DNA of 20,980 nt from an uncultured Oligoflexus sp. (GTDB lineage Bacteria; Bdellovibrionota_B; Oligoflexia; Oligoflexales; Oligoflexaceae), in the NCBI GenBank assembly GCA_964236955.1, contig CAXSGP010000083.1, forward strand, positions 1 to 20,980, written 5' to 3'. A model generated the notes under the pieces. It saw only the letters and a list, made by a program, of their open reading frames with translations, ran no database searches and was not told the origin of the DNA. The position numbers and the translations under genes were made by a program. Shown here piece after piece: positions 18,235-20,980 of this stretch (its first letter is position 1; every line of letters begins with the position of its first letter).

Positions 18235-18859
18235 GTGGCACATTGTGTCAAATATTAGGGCCACCCAAAATTCGATTAAGACCAATAAAGATATTTTCAG
18301 AAAATTGTAATTTAGGCTGAAAGCCAGTCATTTTTCTTTAAGTGGTCAAAGGCGACACTCACCTGATGCTCAGTCATAAGCACTGCTTTTCTCTCGTTCC
18401 AATTTCTCACCTTTTCGATGACCTCTTCCTTCGACCTAGCTCCCTCATACTTTGCCACCCAATGCACCGCAGAAAGAAGTTCCATTCCAAACGGTGTCTC
18501 AAAGCCATCAATCAATTCTGCGATCTTCTCTAATCGCCTATATGTCTCGGTCTCCTCACTTAAATATTCTTTTGCTTTTTCAACAGCATCAGCCATAACC
18601 GATATTTCAGACTTCTGAGTTCCGTCTCCAAAACCTTTTATATAACTCCCTTCAAGGAGTTTAAGAGCATGCCTCACCCCATCAGAGTATGGGCCAAATC
18701 TGTCTTTGACAAAAATCAACCTCGGCATGTCTTCGCCCGACTCTTTGATAAAATACATGAGTTTTTGAATTTCTAAATGTGTCTGCCGATAGCCGCCGTC
18801 CCGATATTTATCAAGGAGACTAACCAAGCCAGCCTTTTCTATCGGTGGCACCTTGTGTC
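18235..18859. repeat. 15-bp imperfect direct repeat GTGGCAC(A/C)TTGTGTC at 18235-18249 and 18845-18859
   Basis: Read directly: 14/15 identity, quasi-palindromic (GGCAC-N3-GTGTC), brackets the darG fragment. Confidence 0.7.
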
Positions 18860-18902
18860 CCCCGGAAGAAGTAGAAGACGGTGGACGAAATGAGTGGACC
18901 AA
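18312..18902 (-). pseudogene. darG: DarG antitoxin C-terminal domain lacking the N-terminal macrodomain
   Basis: LEIQKLMYF..E.GE, FGPYS..V.H.L..LEG.YI.GFGDG, LIDGFETPFGMELLSAVHWV, WNERK match the DarG C-terminus. Similarity stops near 18844. No macrodomain or darT in the window. Confidence 0.82.
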
Positions 18903-19530
18903 ACAATGTGTCCTAAGGATGAAGTGGGCAGGGGTTTGTCTTGCCGATGCTGCGACTGTAATGGAGCTACTCTGTGAGTTGCTTCCAGGACATGAACATT
19001 CACGGAATGTCCGCGAGCTATCTCAAAAAATGCAGAGCTACTACTTTCACAGGCGGGAGCTAATTGGTATCCGCGACAGAGATATCCTTCCTCAATTTAT
19101 CCTTGTTTTACTGGCTCAAATCGAAAAGAATCGTGACAAGGTATGTGAGCCAAAGCGACCGTCTAAATCTTATACGAAGAAGGGGGAGGATCCCCCGGGC
19201 CCCTCTCTCCCACCTCGCAACGCTTTTTTACACTCGGTTAAAGTCCTGCATCAGGATCCGTTAATAGTTGCGGGCCTCTGGTCAAGGCTAGAAAGTTTAG
19301 TTCAGGAAACAAAAGAGACGTTGAATAGTTCGGGGATATCCGGATCAGCGGAGAAAAAAGACCAATTTTTCGATTGGGAAATGTTCCGCGCCTATCTTAT
19401 TGGCTACTGTTCTGATGGCCTAAGAGCAGGATTTTTAGAAAAAGTTATGAGTTTGAAGGACGACGAGCGCGGTGCATTTTGTTTTGACAGGATCGGGAAA
19501 AGCTTTCTGCATAAATTTACGCTCACTTGA
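18853..19530 (+). pseudogene. Probable 3' fragment of a mobile-element replication/primase protein (PriCT-like helix bundle at start)
   Basis: 'EDGGRNEWTKQCVLRMKWAGV' resembles the G.RN...L...G primase C-terminal motif. No good start; overlaps the darG fragment head-to-head. Confidence 0.4.
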
Positions 19531-19605
19531 TCAGTTTAGATCGGGCAGTGGTAGGGAATTTAAGATAACCCACTATATTTTCTGAAACCCTTGCTGCCCA
19601 ATTAC

Positions 19606-20499
19606 CTAATCTAAAGAAGTCCTTTTGAAAATCAAAACTTCAGATCTATCATAAGAAACTTTGCCCGATTTTTGTTCGGTATTGTAAAGATTAGTGACAA
19701 AGCTTTCACCGCTGCTAGAAGGAAATATCTGCAAATACATTGGATGAACATATCCTTTTTCAATATTTTTAGGCAGTTCTATAAAAAGATTTGAGGGTAA
19801 ATTTTGAGCGGTCGAAGTTTTAAGGTTATCCAACAAGTTTGAGTATTCGTGTGAATAATAGACTGTATCATCCAACTTTATCTGCAACAGTAGAGTGTTG
19901 TCTGTGAAAAACATTTCAAAATAATAGCTTTGTTCGTCTGCCGAAGAAGGCGATCCATTCACGAATTGCGATTTATACAAACCCTTTAGTAACGACAAGT
20001 AACTGCTTGCTTGGCCTGATTCCTTTAAAGGCTTTAAAAATCGATCCTTATTTTGTAGGAAGGACTCCTTATTTCCTAACGTAAAAATTTGTAAAAATTC
20101 TGTAACGGCAACTTCGCTCCAATCTTCAAAGCGAGGAGGATCCGTTTTGTACTCTTCAAGTATAGCAGCCGGATCTTTGTGTGGCGTAGGTGAAGGCTTA
20201 CCGTCAGAACTTTTAACTAACTCCCTATTTAAATCCGAAGTGTTTTGCCTATTTTCTGTTTTTAAGTCATTTACTTTACCTTCTCTAAGTCGCTTAATTC
20301 TCTGGCTCAAAGTTAGCTTTTCTTGAGGAATAGCATGCAGTGTAGCACCCGAGATTCTATTACCGTCTCTAGTCTTATCATCGACATTTGCGGATTTAGA
20401 GGTCGTATTATTGTTTCCAATATTTAAACTGATAAAGTATGTGAAGACTCCAATTGTTGTAATTATAGCCAGGACTTGTGAAATTTTTCTTGCATTCAT
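19606..20499 (-). CDS. Hypothetical exported/membrane-anchored protein
   Basis: 297-aa ORF, single N-terminal hydrophobic helix then a polar linker; visibly AT-rich compared with the rest of the window. Confidence 0.75.
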   Translation of the reverse strand: MNARKISQVLAIITTIGVFTYFISLNIGNNNTTSKSANVDDKTRDGNRISGATLHAIPQEKLTLSQRIKRLREGKVNDLKTENRQNTSDLNRELVKSSDGKPSPTPHKDPAAILEEYKTDPPRFEDWSEVAVTEFLQIFTLGNKESFLQNKDRFLKPLKESGQASSYLSLLKGLYKSQFVNGSPSSADEQSYYFEMFFTDNTLLLQIKLDDTVYYSHEYSNLLDNLKTSTAQNLPSNLFIELPKNIEKGYVHPMYLQIFPSSSGESFVTNLYNTEQKSGKVSYDRSEVLIFKRTSLD

Positions 20500-20521
20500 A
20501 CTTACACCACTACCAAATTTT

Positions 20522-20553
20522 TTGGCCCATAGATATTCTATGGGCCAATTTTT
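20522..20553. terminator. Perfect 12-bp stem-loop between the last two genes
   Basis: TTGGCCCATAGA-TAT-TCTATGGGCCAA; T-tract follows on the + strand only. Confidence 0.6.
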
Positions 20554-20628
20554 ACACTATCCAATTTAATGGTGCTTACTAGCAAGCATTATCAAAGGAA
20601 TCAAGATTATGCGCCATTATAGACTAGC

Positions 20629-20895
20629 TTACTCTGGAGTGTCGGTTTTAGGCGCAGGACCTGCAGGTGCTGGGGGTGGTGGAGCGCAAAACATCGTACA
20701 TTGTTCACTCGAACTGGCTCCGGATCCACCAGCGCTTCCGCTGGCTCCCACGGTACCCACGCTAACAGCCCCTCCTCCTGATCCGGTACTTGTGGAACAA
20801 GCAACCACGCACTCCCCCGGCTGCAGGACTGGAGATATATCTGCGGAGTAGGCTTTTATTCCGGAAAAACTTAGAAGAATTGCAGTTGCGAGCAT
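20629..20895 (-). CDS. Small secreted Cys/Gly/Ser/Pro-rich protein (start uncertain; frame open to window edge)
   Basis: Signal-like MLATAILLSFSGIKAYSA, two CxxxC motifs around a Gly/Ser linker, poly-Pro tail. Confidence 0.6.
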   Translation of the reverse strand: MLATAILLSFSGIKAYSADISPVLQPGECVVACSTSTGSGGGAVSVGTVGASGSAGGSGASSSEQCTMFCAPPPPAPAGPAPKTDTPE

Positions 20896-20980
20896 TTTTT
20901 TAGGGGCTGTTGACGTTTGAGATAAGTGATTGAAAAGTAAAGGCAAACTCGTATTTTGGTTTTGCGATAAACTAAACAAC

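Noticed and set aside
1..20980. CRISPR array or genome-wide TAG recoding
   Set aside because: No regularly spaced repeats; TAG terminates the DUF1552 and kinase genes at their expected C-termini.

Overview
Bacterial window, Oligoflexia/Bdellovibrionota- or Myxococcota-like by gene content (inference only). The left part (1-11.9 kb) looks chromosomal. It holds a Kup K+ transporter with an in-frame TAG, a small basic secreted protein, a DUF1592-family lipoprotein/DUF1552/DUF1003 cluster, an SRPBCC gene whose ArsR repressor is reduced to a 21-codon stub, an Oar-type TonB-dependent receptor and an orphan cytoplasmic histidine kinase. The right part (12-21 kb) looks accessory. It is centred on two identical, divergently transcribed tRNA-Ala(TGC) genes that, with their terminators, form a 113-bp inverted repeat. 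Each tRNA faces a 5'-truncated antitoxin remnant: an MqsA/XRE-type HTH on the left and the DarG C-terminal domain without its macrodomain on the right. The DarG piece is bracketed by a 15-bp direct repeat. Beyond these lie a TPR + conserved hypothetical + SWIM-SNF2 ATPase three-gene cassette (best candidate for an undescribed system), a primase-C-terminal-like fragment and an AT-rich pair of exported orphan proteins. No integrase, transposase, rRNA or CRISPR array is visible.
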